From Azolla caroliniana (Eukaryota; Plantae; Polypodiophyta), in contig JBHGNT010000005.1 in assembly GCA_043228905.1 (NCBI GenBank), positions 7,254,001-7,318,000 of the forward strand: DNA of 64,000 nucleotides, written 5' to 3'. A program made the translations under genes and the position numbers. This document shows positions 12,336 through 23,544 of the stretch, piece after piece. Below the pieces are notes generated by a model. The model did not search any database and was not told the DNA's origin. It worked only from the letters and a program-made list of their open reading frames with translations. Position 1 is the stretch's first letter. Every line of letters begins with the position of its first letter.

Positions 12336-13335
12336 TCCTCTTCTAACTAACTAAGGACATCAAATTTGTTCGCTAGATCTAGGCTATTAGTACTATTAGT
12401 ACTATCAGATATCCCTACTGTAATAGGCTCGGGTTTAGTACAATTAGAACTAGCAACTATTTGGTTTACCTGTCTTCTTGGCCTATGGGGACAATTTATT
12501 GCAATGTGTCCTGGTTCACCGTAGTAGAGATATAGGTGATTTGTTCGGCGTCGCTGCTTTTCTTCTTCGGATAATGGCCCTCGACGATGTGTAATGTCAA
12601 TCTCCATCAGAGTTGGAGTATTCATTGGAGGCGCATTATAGTACTCCCTCGGTAAAGGTTTTGCTACCATTGAGGCGTAGGTGGGCTCTGATCTTGCCCT
12701 CGGCATCTGTAGCTATCATTCCGAACGTCGCTCAAAGAGGCGGTTGTCACATCTCACCGCGCGACTAATTGCTTCTGTTAAGGACTTTGGCTCTTCAGGG
12801 AAAGTCAAGAGTAAATCCTTGACATTGTTGCGTAAACCATATTAACGAAATTGCTCCATCAACGCTTATCCCAAGGGATGTCAGCGGCGAGTAGGCGGAA
12901 ATCTGCAACGTATGCGGAGGCTGGACGGTCTCCTTGGCGTAATCGCCGGATTTTGTTGATTGCGGTCCTTATGCGGTCAGTATCCCCAAAGCATGCTTTA
13001 AACTCACCTATAAACTCTTCAAAGTTGTTGAGTAATGGAGACTCCTTTTCCAATAGTGGAGCGAACCATGCCAACGCTGAGCCACTTAACAGCGTCCCTA
13101 CTAAACCCACTCGTGATGCATCGGTAGTATATTGGGAAGGATGCATTTGAATAACTAATAGTACCTGATTAAGGAACCCTCTAAACTGTGATCGTGTTCC
13201 ATCGAACTTCGTGGGAAGGCCAATCTTGGGTTCCTTATGAATCCCTTGTGTTCCGGGGCCTTGTTGTTGCATCGCTACGATGGTTGCTTCGAGTTGTTGC
13301 ACGCGTAATGCAAGTTCCCCATGTTGTTGTTGCAT
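12323..13335 (-). pseudogene. Chromovirus gag (sushi/PEG10-like capsid plus degenerate CCHC knuckle)
   Basis: ORF pieces 12859-13335 and 12347-12706. The knuckle reads LYLYYGEPGHIAINC (Cys to Tyr decay). In-frame stops are present. Confidence 0.88.
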
Positions 13336-13513
13336 TTGCTACTTTTCTAAGGAGATTTGTCGTTGATTTTCTTGTTCCAAAGCAAGGAACTTCTCTTTCA
13401 AGCATTGAAACTCCGAGAAAACAGATTGATATTCCTGAGTGCTAACTGTGGCCATGGGATGAAAATGAAAAGAGGAATAAGATATTAGTATAAAGGGAGA
13501 GAGACAAAAGGAA

Positions 13514-13525
13514 AAATTGGTTCAA
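13514..13525 (-). promoter_or_regulatory. Putative self-priming primer binding site (Tf1-type)
   Basis: TTGAACCAATTT lies 2 nt after the 5' LTR end. It is the perfect complement of AAATTGGTTCAA (minus strand 13778-13767), ~33 nt downstream of the LTR TATA. No TGG-initiated tRNA PBS is present. Confidence 0.75.
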
Positions 13526-13527
13526 AC

Positions 13528-13660
13528 TGTCAGGAATAGTACTAAACAGAGAGAGGATTAGTACTAGAGAAGGGAGGTACTATTAGTACTAAGAGGACGG
13601 GACTGTGTAAGACTCCCGAGAGAGGAAGAGAGAAGAGGAGAGAGAGAGAGAGATAGCGAG

Positions 13661-13703
<43 letters not shown>

Positions 13704-13995
13704 TATAACATATTATATATTATAAGAAGAGTAAGTACAAAAGGGATATGAGGCTAAAGACTGGCGTTGAACCAATTTGGTTCAACATAATGCCTAGTGC
13801 CCTCTTTTATAGTGTTCTCAGGAGTAATCCTGAAGCTTCTAGAATGTTCCAGAGAAATCTGGAATATACATTAATTTCCTATAATAAAATGTAAATGAAA
13901 ATAGTATCCTACGTATTACAATAGATGATATAATGGTCAAGAGCTCGACCCATATAACCTAAGGTCATGGGTTCGAGTCTTGCCATATCATGACA
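13528..13995 (-). repeat. 5' LTR of the chromovirus
   Basis: Matches 7384-7867. Contains a minus-strand TATA (ctataaaag, ~13804-13812) and the hairpin gttgaacca-att-tggttcaac at 13766-13786. Confidence 0.95.
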
Positions 13996-14968
13996 GATGC
14001 CATCTGGGTTGTGGTTGATAAACTAACTAAAATGGTCAGATTGATTGCTTTAAACCACATTAACAGCTCTTGAATTGGCTTACCAATTCATTGACGTGTT
14101 ATTTCGTTTTTATGGGCTACCAATGGATATCGTGAATGATCAAGATCCAAAGTTTACTAACGACTTTTGGACGTAAGTCTTTAAGAAGTTAGAAACTACT
14201 TTGAGCATGAGCTCCACGGATCATCCTCAATCCGATGGACAGACAAAATGAGTAAATCAAATTATTGAGGGCATGCTTCGAGCATACGTTGGTACAAAAC
14301 CAACAAAATGGGAACATTATCTCCCAATTTTGGAGTTTGCTTATAACAGCTCCAAGTATACATCGACGAGATATAGTCCTTTTATGTTGATGTATGGTTT
14401 TCAATCACAATCCCCGATTGATGTTAATATACATCATGATGAGTTGCGAAGTATGTACGCAAAACTTTCTCTGGGATATGCAAGATATGTTGCATATTGC
14501 ACGAGATAATATAAAAACAACTGAGGATAGAGCATTTTTACATGTACCTCACAATTCTAAGACATTGTCTATGGGTAAGTGTGTTATGTTAGCTCCATGG
14601 TTTTTTGTACCTTTTACAGTCCTCAAAAGCATTGGTTCATCAACCTATCGTCTCGCTCTTCTTGAGGGCATTGAAGTTCCATCCAATTTTTCATGTAAGT
14701 CATCTAAAAGAACTTCTTGGTTCTAGCGACAATACAATCACAATTGAAACTCTTGTAACTTCTGAAGAATTATCTTCTAAACCACATGTACCAAAAAGAA
14801 TTGTTGATGTTAAAACGAAAAATTTGCATTTTAAAATAATCCGAGAATTTAAAATTAAATGGATGAATAAGTCTATACAATATGTTACATGGGAACGAGA
14901 AAACACTCTTAAAACTAATTTCCCTAACTTTTCGTTGCAAGAGTGCAATGTTTTAAAGAGGGGACGTA
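13996..14968 (+). pseudogene. Host gypsy integrase core and chromodomain
   Basis: IWVVVDKLTKM, HPQSDGQT, MLRAYV...WEHYLPILEFAYNSS, HPIFHVSHLK and IKW...VTWERE motifs, with frameshifts. Confidence 0.88.
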
Positions 14969-16261
14969 TGTTACAGGCATGACCATATAATATCCTGTGG
15001 TAAGATTGTATTGTAGTATTCTATACACATGGATAAAGTGTGAGGGTTAAACGAGAGTGTAAAGAAGGGAAGGATTACTTTTGATCCTTAGGATTGAGAC
15101 AACCCATTAAGGCCAAGTGTAAACTTGCTTGGGGGCCTTAGGTCTAGCTATAAATATGAGGCCTAGTTACCCTCATTTGACATCCCTTGACTACATCGAG
15201 ACTCTGTCCTTGTGGTGGATCAACTCATGTAGCGAGCGCTCCAATACCAAGTATGACTCAACATCACGGCGATTGTATGGGATGCCAATCGAGGCTCAAG
15301 TCCATCTCAATCCCTTTGCTCGAGGGTAATCGGGTGGATTGGTACCATTCTTTCTCTCTCCGCTCTTATTTTTCTATGCTTTAATTCCTTATCATATGCT
15401 TACATTAGGATCTAACGCCAACAATACTACTCCCCAAGATCAATCGAGAACCAAACTTAGGATCATTAACAAACTAGAATTATAGAATTACTCCTTGCAA
15501 GCATAATTTAAACAAAGTTTTCGCGACATTTCATGTGTTTCCAATCCTACAAAATTTCTATTCTTCACAACTAAAGTACTTCATTCACTACCTATTAGTA
15601 ATACGGTCTATGATTGTTGAGGATACAGACTATCCCCTTCAACAATGATAGTCTTAACAATTGAAGTATTATATTCACCAATAAAAAATACAAATGAAAA
15701 GTATGTCATCCGGTGTTTGCTTTTCCTCCTTTGAAGTTCTTGATTAATTAAGTTCTAGCTCCTTTGAAGCCAAGAAAGGAGCAAGACAATAATCAGCATT
15801 TCCCATGCCTTACGGATCATGTCACAAAGGAAACGCATTTGCATCCATAAACAAAAAGACAATATGCACGCAAACAAATTTCCATACTGAAATCTATGCC
15901 TGTGAGCGAAGGATAGATTATGGCAAATAGAACATTACCAACTTTTGTCACCTTATTACTGTGGAATCGTAAAGAGATGCACCAATAATGGACTTTACTA
16001 GGATGCCACATCCAATTATTCATTTATATGAGTATTAGATAGATATGATTGAATAAACAAATAATAAACATGAAGATGTACAAGTTGAACATCTTTCCTT
16101 GAATAAAAACAGTGCCCCTCCCAAAGGAACAATGGAGAAACATGAGAAATAAATACAACTAAATCTTTAACACGTAATAATTTTGCCATCTCATGCGCCA
16201 ATATGGAGAGATTCTAGTTAGAAAATAAGTGAAAGGTTTACCAAACCCAAAGTTTTAGATT

Positions 16262-18508
16262 TTATATTGTGACAAGTTGAAATCCCCTCTTAGGGAGTGA
16301 TCGAGAACAAGTATTCACACTTGATAAAGAAGCTTCAAATCTGGTTTTAATGGCGCTCGGTTTTTGTTCGTTCTCGAGTTTTCCTGGTAAAAGACCACCC
16401 ATGACAAACATATGCCCAATTGCCTTTCCCTTTTCCTCTTCATCAACACAACCTCTAGCAAGTCTCCTTTGAAATTTGCCATCACTACAATTTAAAATCC
16501 ACTCCAAACTGTACTCCCTATGCTTTTCTTCTAGCGCCTTAAACCGAGGCTTTATCCTTGTCTCAAGCCCATATGTCAAGCAAGCCGGAAATTCAATAAC
16601 ATCTTGCCTTGTCCTCTTCATGTCCCTTGTCAGAAAGGTGAAATTTGGCTTCAGACTCTCGTCAATGCTTAGCACAAGTATTTGAGGGCACTGCGATGCC
16701 ATCACACCAATCTCCTTCGGGGCGAATCGTTGGCTTTTCAAGAACCTAATTCTTCCCATCGCCACCTCTTCCTTGAGGAATATCACTTGTGGCATTTTCT
16801 CAATCATCTTGGAAACTCCATCCAAGTCCAAAACAAGGTTTTGTTTGAGCCAATCCACTTGCATTGCCAAGCTAGGGCTAAAAACACGCCCCAAAAGCTC
16901 AGGGAATTGGGCAATCATTCCTGGGACACACTCCTCTCGGACACCAATCCCAACAAGTTGACTCACATTATATTTCATTCTGCTTTCCAAATCATACCCT
17001 AGTATTTGAGGTCTCCTTTCTAAGACACTAGTAACAATAGTTTGTGGCATCCCCAAGCTCATTAAGTATTCAAACTTAGGCTTTATCACTGTTGCTACTC
17101 TCATTCCTAGAACCTCAGGATACTCCGTAAGCATCCGACCCACATGCCTCATTTTCACACCCATACTTACCAAATAAGCCACTGAAGTACTCATTGTACC
17201 ATCAGTCTTAAAGCCTAATAAATCTGGATAGCGAGTGAGGACTGGAGGCAAGTCTACAGGATCAATATCCAATCCTCGCAAGAAGTATATGACCGGAAGT
17301 ATATCGATCACCACACTAGAATGCAGAACCATAGGATATTTCCTTAGCAAACCAGTGACCCAATGTTCTTTGATGCCGATCTTCTTGAGATATCTTAGCA
17401 CCGGGACCATGTTCTTGTAAACACTGCAGCCAAGGGCTAATGGGTAGCCATTGATATCATCATTGGTGAGACCTAGTTTCCGAAGAAAGCCAAGGCGAGT
17501 TTTCATAACATCAAGAGTTGTGGGGAGTTCAATGGATTTAAGGTCAGATGTCTGTATTCCTTCGGATTCAAGATAAGTTAGCACAGTTTTGCGCGCAATT
17601 TTCCTGTGCTCATTTGAGAGGAGGATTCCCCATGTGACAGATGGCCGAACAACTTTCGGCTCGGCAGCCATTTGTCTCTCGACTTCAGCTTGGAGCTCGT
17701 CTTCAGAATCACTCTCAACTTCTATGTCATCAGAATCAGAATCTTGGATGTAGTTCTTGCTATGGGCTCGACCACGTTGTCCGCCCATTTGATCATAATT
17801 TTCTCTCATTTGATCCTGAAAGCCACCTGTTTGTTCATAATTCCCATATGTTCGATCAGGATGTCTGTTCATCTCATCAAAACTTCTACCTTGACGGCTA
17901 CCCAGCCAATCATTTTTTCTTCCCATCTGATACGAATCACAGCCATTTCTATAATTATTCTCGAATCTGTTTAATTCTTCTCTATCTGAATCAATACCAA
18001 AATCTGTCTCCTGTCCTTCTTCTTCACTAATATCATCTTCGGTTTCGAATGCATCACCTCTAACCACATTCTTTTGCTTTTTCTCATTCTTATCCTTCTT
18101 CATTTGGGTTTTCTTCTCCAATACTCCAACCTCTCTTCGTTCCCCCTCAGATGAATCCTCCGATAACTCATTCTCTCTCTTCCGGAACAAATCCTCGTCA
18201 TCTGATTCAGACCACTCTGACTCTGTCACAGTTTCCATGGTGGAACAGAATCGTGGAGAAGGGAACTGAGAGCGCAGGAAGGTTTTCGATTCTCCAAGGG
18301 AGCCATGGTTAAAACACAAGGAGGAAATCGTCGAGTGAGGGGGAGGTGGGTACCTGTGAGGATGGGAGGCCACTCGAAGGCGATTCTGTGCAGACCTTCT
18401 GGGGTATATGAGAGGTAAAGCTCGTCGAAGATGGAGAGCTCTTCTCCCCATTGAAGCTTTTAGACAGAGAGAGAGAGACATGGAGAGCTCTTCTCCCCAT
18501 TGAAGCAT
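16262..18508 (-). CDS. mTERF family protein, mTERF4/BSM(RUG2)-like, intronless, organelle-targeted
   Basis: 748-aa ORF with mTERF repeats (YPLALGCSV, YPMVLHSSVVID, YPDLLGFKTDGTMSTSVAYLV, YPEVLGMRV, PACLTYGLETRIKPR). Transit-peptide-like N-terminus. The start could be 18508 or the MGRRAL ATG near 18451. Confidence 0.92.
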   Translation of the reverse strand: MLQWGEELSMSLSLCLKASMGRRALHLRRALPLIYPRRSAQNRLRVASHPHRYPPPPHSTISSLCFNHGSLGESKTFLRSQFPSPRFCSTMETVTESEWSESDDEDLFRKRENELSEDSSEGERREVGVLEKKTQMKKDKNEKKQKNVVRGDAFETEDDISEEEGQETDFGIDSDREELNRFENNYRNGCDSYQMGRKNDWLGSRQGRSFDEMNRHPDRTYGNYEQTGGFQDQMRENYDQMGGQRGRAHSKNYIQDSDSDDIEVESDSEDELQAEVERQMAAEPKVVRPSVTWGILLSNEHRKIARKTVLTYLESEGIQTSDLKSIELPTTLDVMKTRLGFLRKLGLTNDDINGYPLALGCSVYKNMVPVLRYLKKIGIKEHWVTGLLRKYPMVLHSSVVIDILPVIYFLRGLDIDPVDLPPVLTRYPDLLGFKTDGTMSTSVAYLVSMGVKMRHVGRMLTEYPEVLGMRVATVIKPKFEYLMSLGMPQTIVTSVLERRPQILGYDLESRMKYNVSQLVGIGVREECVPGMIAQFPELLGRVFSPSLAMQVDWLKQNLVLDLDGVSKMIEKMPQVIFLKEEVAMGRIRFLKSQRFAPKEIGVMASQCPQILVLSIDESLKPNFTFLTRDMKRTRQDVIEFPACLTYGLETRIKPRFKALEEKHREYSLEWILNCSDGKFQRRLARGCVDEEEKGKAIGHMFVMGGLLPGKLENEQKPSAIKTRFEASLSSVNTCSRSLPKRGFQLVTI

Positions 18509-18582
18509 AAACCCTTTGATCTTAAAACCCTAAAACCCTTGGATCTTAAAACCCTAAAACCCTTTGATCTTAAAACCCTAAT
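18507..18582. promoter_or_regulatory. Telo-box (AAACCCTA)-rich short tandem repeat immediately upstream of the mTERF gene
   Basis: Three copies of aaaaccct(t/tg)gatcttaaaaccct. Telo-boxes are known near plant transcription starts. Confidence 0.5.
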
Positions 18583-21500
18583 CTAATGTCATGGGTTCAA
18601 ACCCAAAACATGTTATAAACAGTTGGGTTCTCTAATCCCCTATAAAGTCTTGTGATTTCAAACCCTAACCTAATGTCTTGGGTTCAAACCCATGATATAA
18701 AAAAAAATTGTGTTCTCTAACCTCCTATAAAATGTTGTGAATTCAAACCCTACTTCAATGTTGCTAGCGCCAAACTCGTGATCAATTTTGTCACTTCAGT
18801 TCCGAACCCTCGGTGAATGCCAATCAATTCCAACCCCTCGTCAAAATGTCAACAACTCAAACCCACCCCTCTAAACCCATGTAAATGTCATCGCTTTCGA
18901 GCCTTAATGGATGTCATCAATTCCAATCTTGATAGAAAATGCTAATGTAATGGTTATCATAAGTTTATGGATGATACAGATTAGTTGATTCTAACGATAT
19001 CATGCATATTGACACATTACCTCATGTATATTGATGGTAGCATTGACTTTTGGACGTCGGATGGAAATCCCATCTTCCATTCCATGCGAATATGTTAATC
19101 TAGTAGGGCAGTGGTGAGCGGATTGTCTTTAGTGGCTTCAAAACACTTATATGTATTCAAATTAAAAAACATTTTTCTTGTACAGTGATTGAGCCATATG
19201 CCAAATACAAATTCTTTTTTTTGCCCCATTGCTAAAGCCATGATGTTGGTTGTTATGTCACAACTTTGGGCATCATTTATTGAGAAGAAAGTGTCATCAA
19301 TTTAATGGGCTTTTGTTCACGAAGCTAGAGCTTTATCATCCCTATTAAAAAGGTTGTATTTGACTACTTTAGGTGTTGGGGGTATGTTTTTGCTACTCCA
19401 CTTAAAATGGTACAAGAAATAATGAATTCTTATTTTTCACCATTGCTACCATTGACAAAGAAATCACAATATGTTTTAGCTCATTCACTAAAATATACAT
19501 TGTGGAAGAAAGAGACAACATATTGGCATGATTTTGGTTCCATTCCTATATAGGTTTACGCCCAAAGCACTTAGGGGGAGCATTCGTACTAATTTTGGAG
19601 GATCATATGGTTGGTGAAAGATTTAGCCCCTTAAAATGTATGGATATAGGAACTCAACCTTGGATGAAGATGATTTATTATTTTGTGGAAAAGATTGGTA
19701 TACATCATGGGAAAACAAGAGTTGTTGCGTCTATGTTGGTTCAAAAAATAGTGTGCCATTGGCAAAAGAGTTTAGAATTGTTCAATTGACATCCACTTGA
19801 GCGTTTAAAAAACACTAACTCCCTATCGACAAAGGTTCTCACATCCTCACAAACTAGTACATTGGGATGGAAAGGAAACTCTCAAGTTTGAGATCAATTA
19901 TGGGACATGGCTTGGCTTGGTAACTTTGCAAAGTAATGTTCTAGAGTCGTACAAGTAGATCATGGCCTTTCGAACAATGCACACCAAGTTTCAATACATA
20001 TAACTCCTAGGTATGTCTATGTTTGGCAATTAGTAGTTGCAATGCCTATTCTTGTGGCCACGATTTTGGAATCAGTGATTCAGAAATCGTTGAAAGATTA
20101 GTTATTTGATGGTAAAAAACTAATATTGGTGGGGCACACCATGATCTATATCATAAGTTAATTGAAGATTGAGCTTGACTATTGACGAGGGTTTCCCATA
20201 GATGGCATATTAACATAAACATACATTTTATGGGAGAGAGACCCCTTCATGTAGCTTAGTTGGTAAGGTTGTTTAACAAAGATCAAAAGGCCGCACATAA
20301 CCCCTAATTTTTGAACCAATATCTACTAAAACAATGAAATGAGTGAACCATGAAATTGAGTACATGGGTTACCACCAAGGCATAACATTAATACTAATAT
20401 AGAGGGAGTGGTGTACCACCAAGATATAGTTGTATTACACATGCACAAAGCTTGTCTTGGTAACTATGCAATGTATTACTCTAGTACTACGTAGGGAGAT
20501 AATGGTCTTCAAAATTGTGAGCCAAAATTTCATATTATATTGAGCAATCAATATTTGTTGGTCTATACTTGTTATCCTAGTTTCAAATTTTATGGCAATC
20601 AAATCATGGAAAGATTGGTTATTTAAGAACAAAAACTTGGTACACACCAATCATTTCGATAATTAGTGCCAAATAGGCAAATCATGGCCTTCAAAATTGT
20701 GCAAACCAACTTTTATATTTGTCTAGGATCTGATCCACATTCAGAAATCATTATATGCTTTACCCATTCTTACGACCCTCATTTGGGAAATAGTGGTAGA
20801 TGAACCGTGGAAAGATTGGTTATTCAACAATAAAGAATTGTTACTTACAATGCACATCAATGAAGTTTACTGTACGTTTATTACAGGTACAGCTTGGCTA
20901 GTGGTGAAGGCGTTACTTATAAGCCACATTATTGATTGTATACAATGTGGCTTGATTGTGGAGAGGGTATAATCAAATTTCAAGCTTAAACTTTTTAGGA
21001 AATATTGAAATCTCAATTCACAATCATTCAAACCCAACTAAAAACACCTCGTTCTCACACATTTGTATTGTTTGAAGCATATGATATAGGCCAATGTCAT
21101 TGAACTCCTCCATGCTTCTCCATAGAGAAAAGTAGTTTGTCTCAATTCAATACAAGCCCATTTTTCTATATCCTGGTCATATCGCCAATGTAGTGTCACC
21201 TCAAGATAACTAAATGTACACCTGCTCAAAGGCAATTCGATTAGCTGTTGTAAATCAGCTTGTTAGCCAATATGAGGAGACATGTGAAAACAATGTGATG
21301 TATCATGTAATGGAGTTTTGTTGATAACTCATGTGTTGTGTGTGTTCTCTAGTTAGTTGTCACTTCAGAAGAAGGTCAAGACGTGAATAAATTTTTGCCA
21401 TGAAAAGTCTCTCCCTCGTCAACAAGACCCACATGACCTAAGTATTAGCATGTCGGCTATGCATGTCACAAACATGTTTCATTCCCTCACATCTCATAAG

Positions 21501-21837
21501 CTTCTTCAAGGACACAGAGAACTTTCCCAAGTTCTACTTCATGCCATCACAGTTCAGGCCTTGCCTTGTAAGCTATTGATGTGTAATGTGTTAGATACCT
21601 CAATCTTTTTGTTGTGGTGTATGCAATTTCTCTTCCTTGGCCTAGCGGTTTGGGCCTTGCCTTATAACCAATAGATCATGCATTTGATACCTCAAATGTG
21701 TTTCATTTTGGGATACAATATCTCTCCTTGCCGAAGTTCTCTTCCGTGACCTAACAATTTGGGTCTTGCTTTGTGAGCTTTAGGTAATGAATGTGTTTGA
21801 CCCTTGAAGCTTTTCATTTTGCTGTGTTTCAATTTCT

Positions 21838-23544
21838 CTAATCCATGGTAGTACCTGCATAGATCTTGTGCATACAAATATAAGAAGCGCTATTATTTCC
21901 ATCCATTGACACAACTTGTTCAAAGGCATTTCTACCAAGTCGAACATCACCCCACTTCCTACAAGCACTCAACATAGTGAGCCACATCACAGTGTTGGGA
22001 AGGGATGGAGTTATATTCATAACAAACGCAACATTCTCTAATTGTCCGGCACGACCAAGGATATCAACTAAGCAACTTTGGTGCTCCAGAGTTGGGGTGA
22101 CACCATAGCTTTGTGCCATGGTTTCAAAGTACGTCTCTCCCTTATCAACGAGACCCACGTGACTACAAGCATTAAGAACACTTATGAATGTCACTGAACT
22201 TGGTTTGATTCCTTCTCCTTTCATTCCTTCTAGGATATATAGAACTTCTCCCAATTCTCCTCGTTGGGCATATCCAGCGATCAATATATTCCAAGAGACT
22301 ACATTTCGGATGCGAAGTGTGTTAAACACTTTGGATGCATTTGGGACCATGCCACATTTGACATACATAGCAACCACTGCATTACCAACATGTTGGCTTG
22401 ATTGTATAAACCCTTTCTTCTCAATGTCAGCGTGTATTTTTCTTCCTTTCTCAAAGGCTCCAATTATACCACATGCTTTTAAGATGCAAGTAAGTGTATA
22501 ATCATCGGGAGATATGCCATGTCTATGCATCTCTTGAGAATAGTCTAATGCTTCCTCGGCCCTTTCGTGCCGAACACATCCTGAGATTAATGCATTCCAC
22601 AATACTACCTGTTGAAAAGGAAGTGTATGAAAAACCATCTTTGATTCGGCTAGCATGCCACATTTAGCATACATATCAACTACAGCCGTTGCCACAACAA
22701 CATTGCTTCTCAAAAACCCCATTTTCTCAACATAAGCATGCGCTTCCATACATTCTTCGACATCTCGAACACCGCCACACACTTTCAAGACACAAACAAG
22801 TAAGATTTCATCAGGTAGAATTCCTTCGCGTCTCATCTGTCGATAACTGTATAATGCTTCTTCATAACAACCTTCTTGTACGTAAAATGTAATGACAGTT
22901 GTCCAAGAGACCACATTTCGATCTGGAAGCATCTCAAATACATCCTTTGCTTCAGCAACTAAACCACATTTCCCATACATATCAATCAAAGCATTACCAA
23001 CAGCAAGATTGCGATTATTACCCAACAATCCTCTTCTTTCAATGCTATCATGTATGTATCTTCCACTTTCCACATCCTTAATGCTCCCACATGCTTTCAA
23101 AACACAAGTGAACGTGACCACATCTGGGAGTATAGACCGAGTCTCCATGAGAGAGAAGCGATTCAATGTTTCCCTGCCCTGACCATGTTGGACATATCCA
23201 GCCATCAACACATTCCATGTGACCAAATCACATATTGGAAGATTATCAAATACTTGTTGAGCTTTGAAGAGCATACCAAATTTCGCATACATATCAACCA
23301 ATGCATTGCCAAGATAACAACAGTGGCTCGTTAGCAATCCTTCTCTAAGGATCAAACCATGTAATCTGATACCATTCTTGTGATCTTTTAGCTTAACGAA
23401 TGCTTTAAGAAGACTTACCAAAGAAGACAAATTCCCGTGAGATATTGAGCCTTCTTGTGTTTGCCATGTCTGGTACACATCGAGAGCTTTTCCAAACTCT
23501 TTGCATTTGATGTGGCTTTGGATGACAGCATGCCACGAGGCCAT
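21838..23544 (-). CDS. PLS-class pentatricopeptide repeat protein ending in a (truncated) E domain
   Basis: 568-aa intronless ORF with repeated GNALVDMYAKxG / VVSWN..I.GY / PD..TF..VLKAC motifs, then LEHQSCLVDILGRAG and WLTMLSACRKWG. No DYW domain. Confidence 0.93.
   Translation of the reverse strand: MASWHAVIQSHIKCKEFGKALDVYQTWQTQEGSISHGNLSSLVSLLKAFVKLKDHKNGIRLHGLILREGLLTSHCCYLGNALVDMYAKFGMLFKAQQVFDNLPICDLVTWNVLMAGYVQHGQGRETLNRFSLMETRSILPDVVTFTCVLKACGSIKDVESGRYIHDSIERRGLLGNNRNLAVGNALIDMYGKCGLVAEAKDVFEMLPDRNVVSWTTVITFYVQEGCYEEALYSYRQMRREGILPDEILLVCVLKVCGGVRDVEECMEAHAYVEKMGFLRSNVVVATAVVDMYAKCGMLAESKMVFHTLPFQQVVLWNALISGCVRHERAEEALDYSQEMHRHGISPDDYTLTCILKACGIIGAFEKGRKIHADIEKKGFIQSSQHVGNAVVAMYVKCGMVPNASKVFNTLRIRNVVSWNILIAGYAQRGELGEVLYILEGMKGEGIKPSSVTFISVLNACSHVGLVDKGETYFETMAQSYGVTPTLEHQSCLVDILGRAGQLENVAFVMNITPSLPNTVMWLTMLSACRKWGDVRLGRNAFEQVVSMDGNNSASYICMHKIYAGTTMD

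Larger units (their letters stand above)
7384..13995 (-). mobile_element. Ty3/gypsy chromovirus with both LTRs (Tcn1/Tf1-sushi-like), inactivated
   Basis: TSD GATGC at 7379-7383 and 13996-14000. LTRs 7384-7867 and 13528-13995 (TGTCA...TGACA). PPT at 7868-7880. Domain order is gag (KEPKIGLPTKFDGTRSQFRGFL), protease (ALLDS), RT ([11 protein letters not shown]), RNase H (IEADASDFALG), integrase remnant, chromodomain (YEVAAILDSK...YLVDWLGY...TWEP). Confidence 0.95.
1147..15400 (+). mobile_element. Decayed Ty3/gypsy (chromodomain-bearing) LTR retrotransposon, host of a nest of insertions
   Basis: Gag-like remnant 1147-2074 with a degenerate zinc knuckle (LCRKKGHTKEQC). RT start DVFPSELPHGLPPKRNIDHRIDI at ~2700. 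The reading resumes exactly after each insertion: [14 protein letters not shown] at 4287, VTTDH/ESLKY at 6793, KKGHDA/IWVVVDKLTKM at 13996. Chromodomain-like C-terminus at ~14780-14930, PPT aaagaggggac, then TGTTAC at 14969. The 5' LTR and the 3' LTR end were not resolved, so the outer boundaries are approximate. Confidence 0.85.

Noticed and set aside
18507-18760. Interstitial telomere
   Set aside because: There are only a few AAACCCT(A) motifs within short repeats, better explained as promoter telo-boxes. A similar motif occurs at ~23582.
19150-20300. Possible ancient retroelement remnant and tRNA-like fragment (~20245)
   Set aside because: Only vague motif hints, with no translatable domain I can support by eye.
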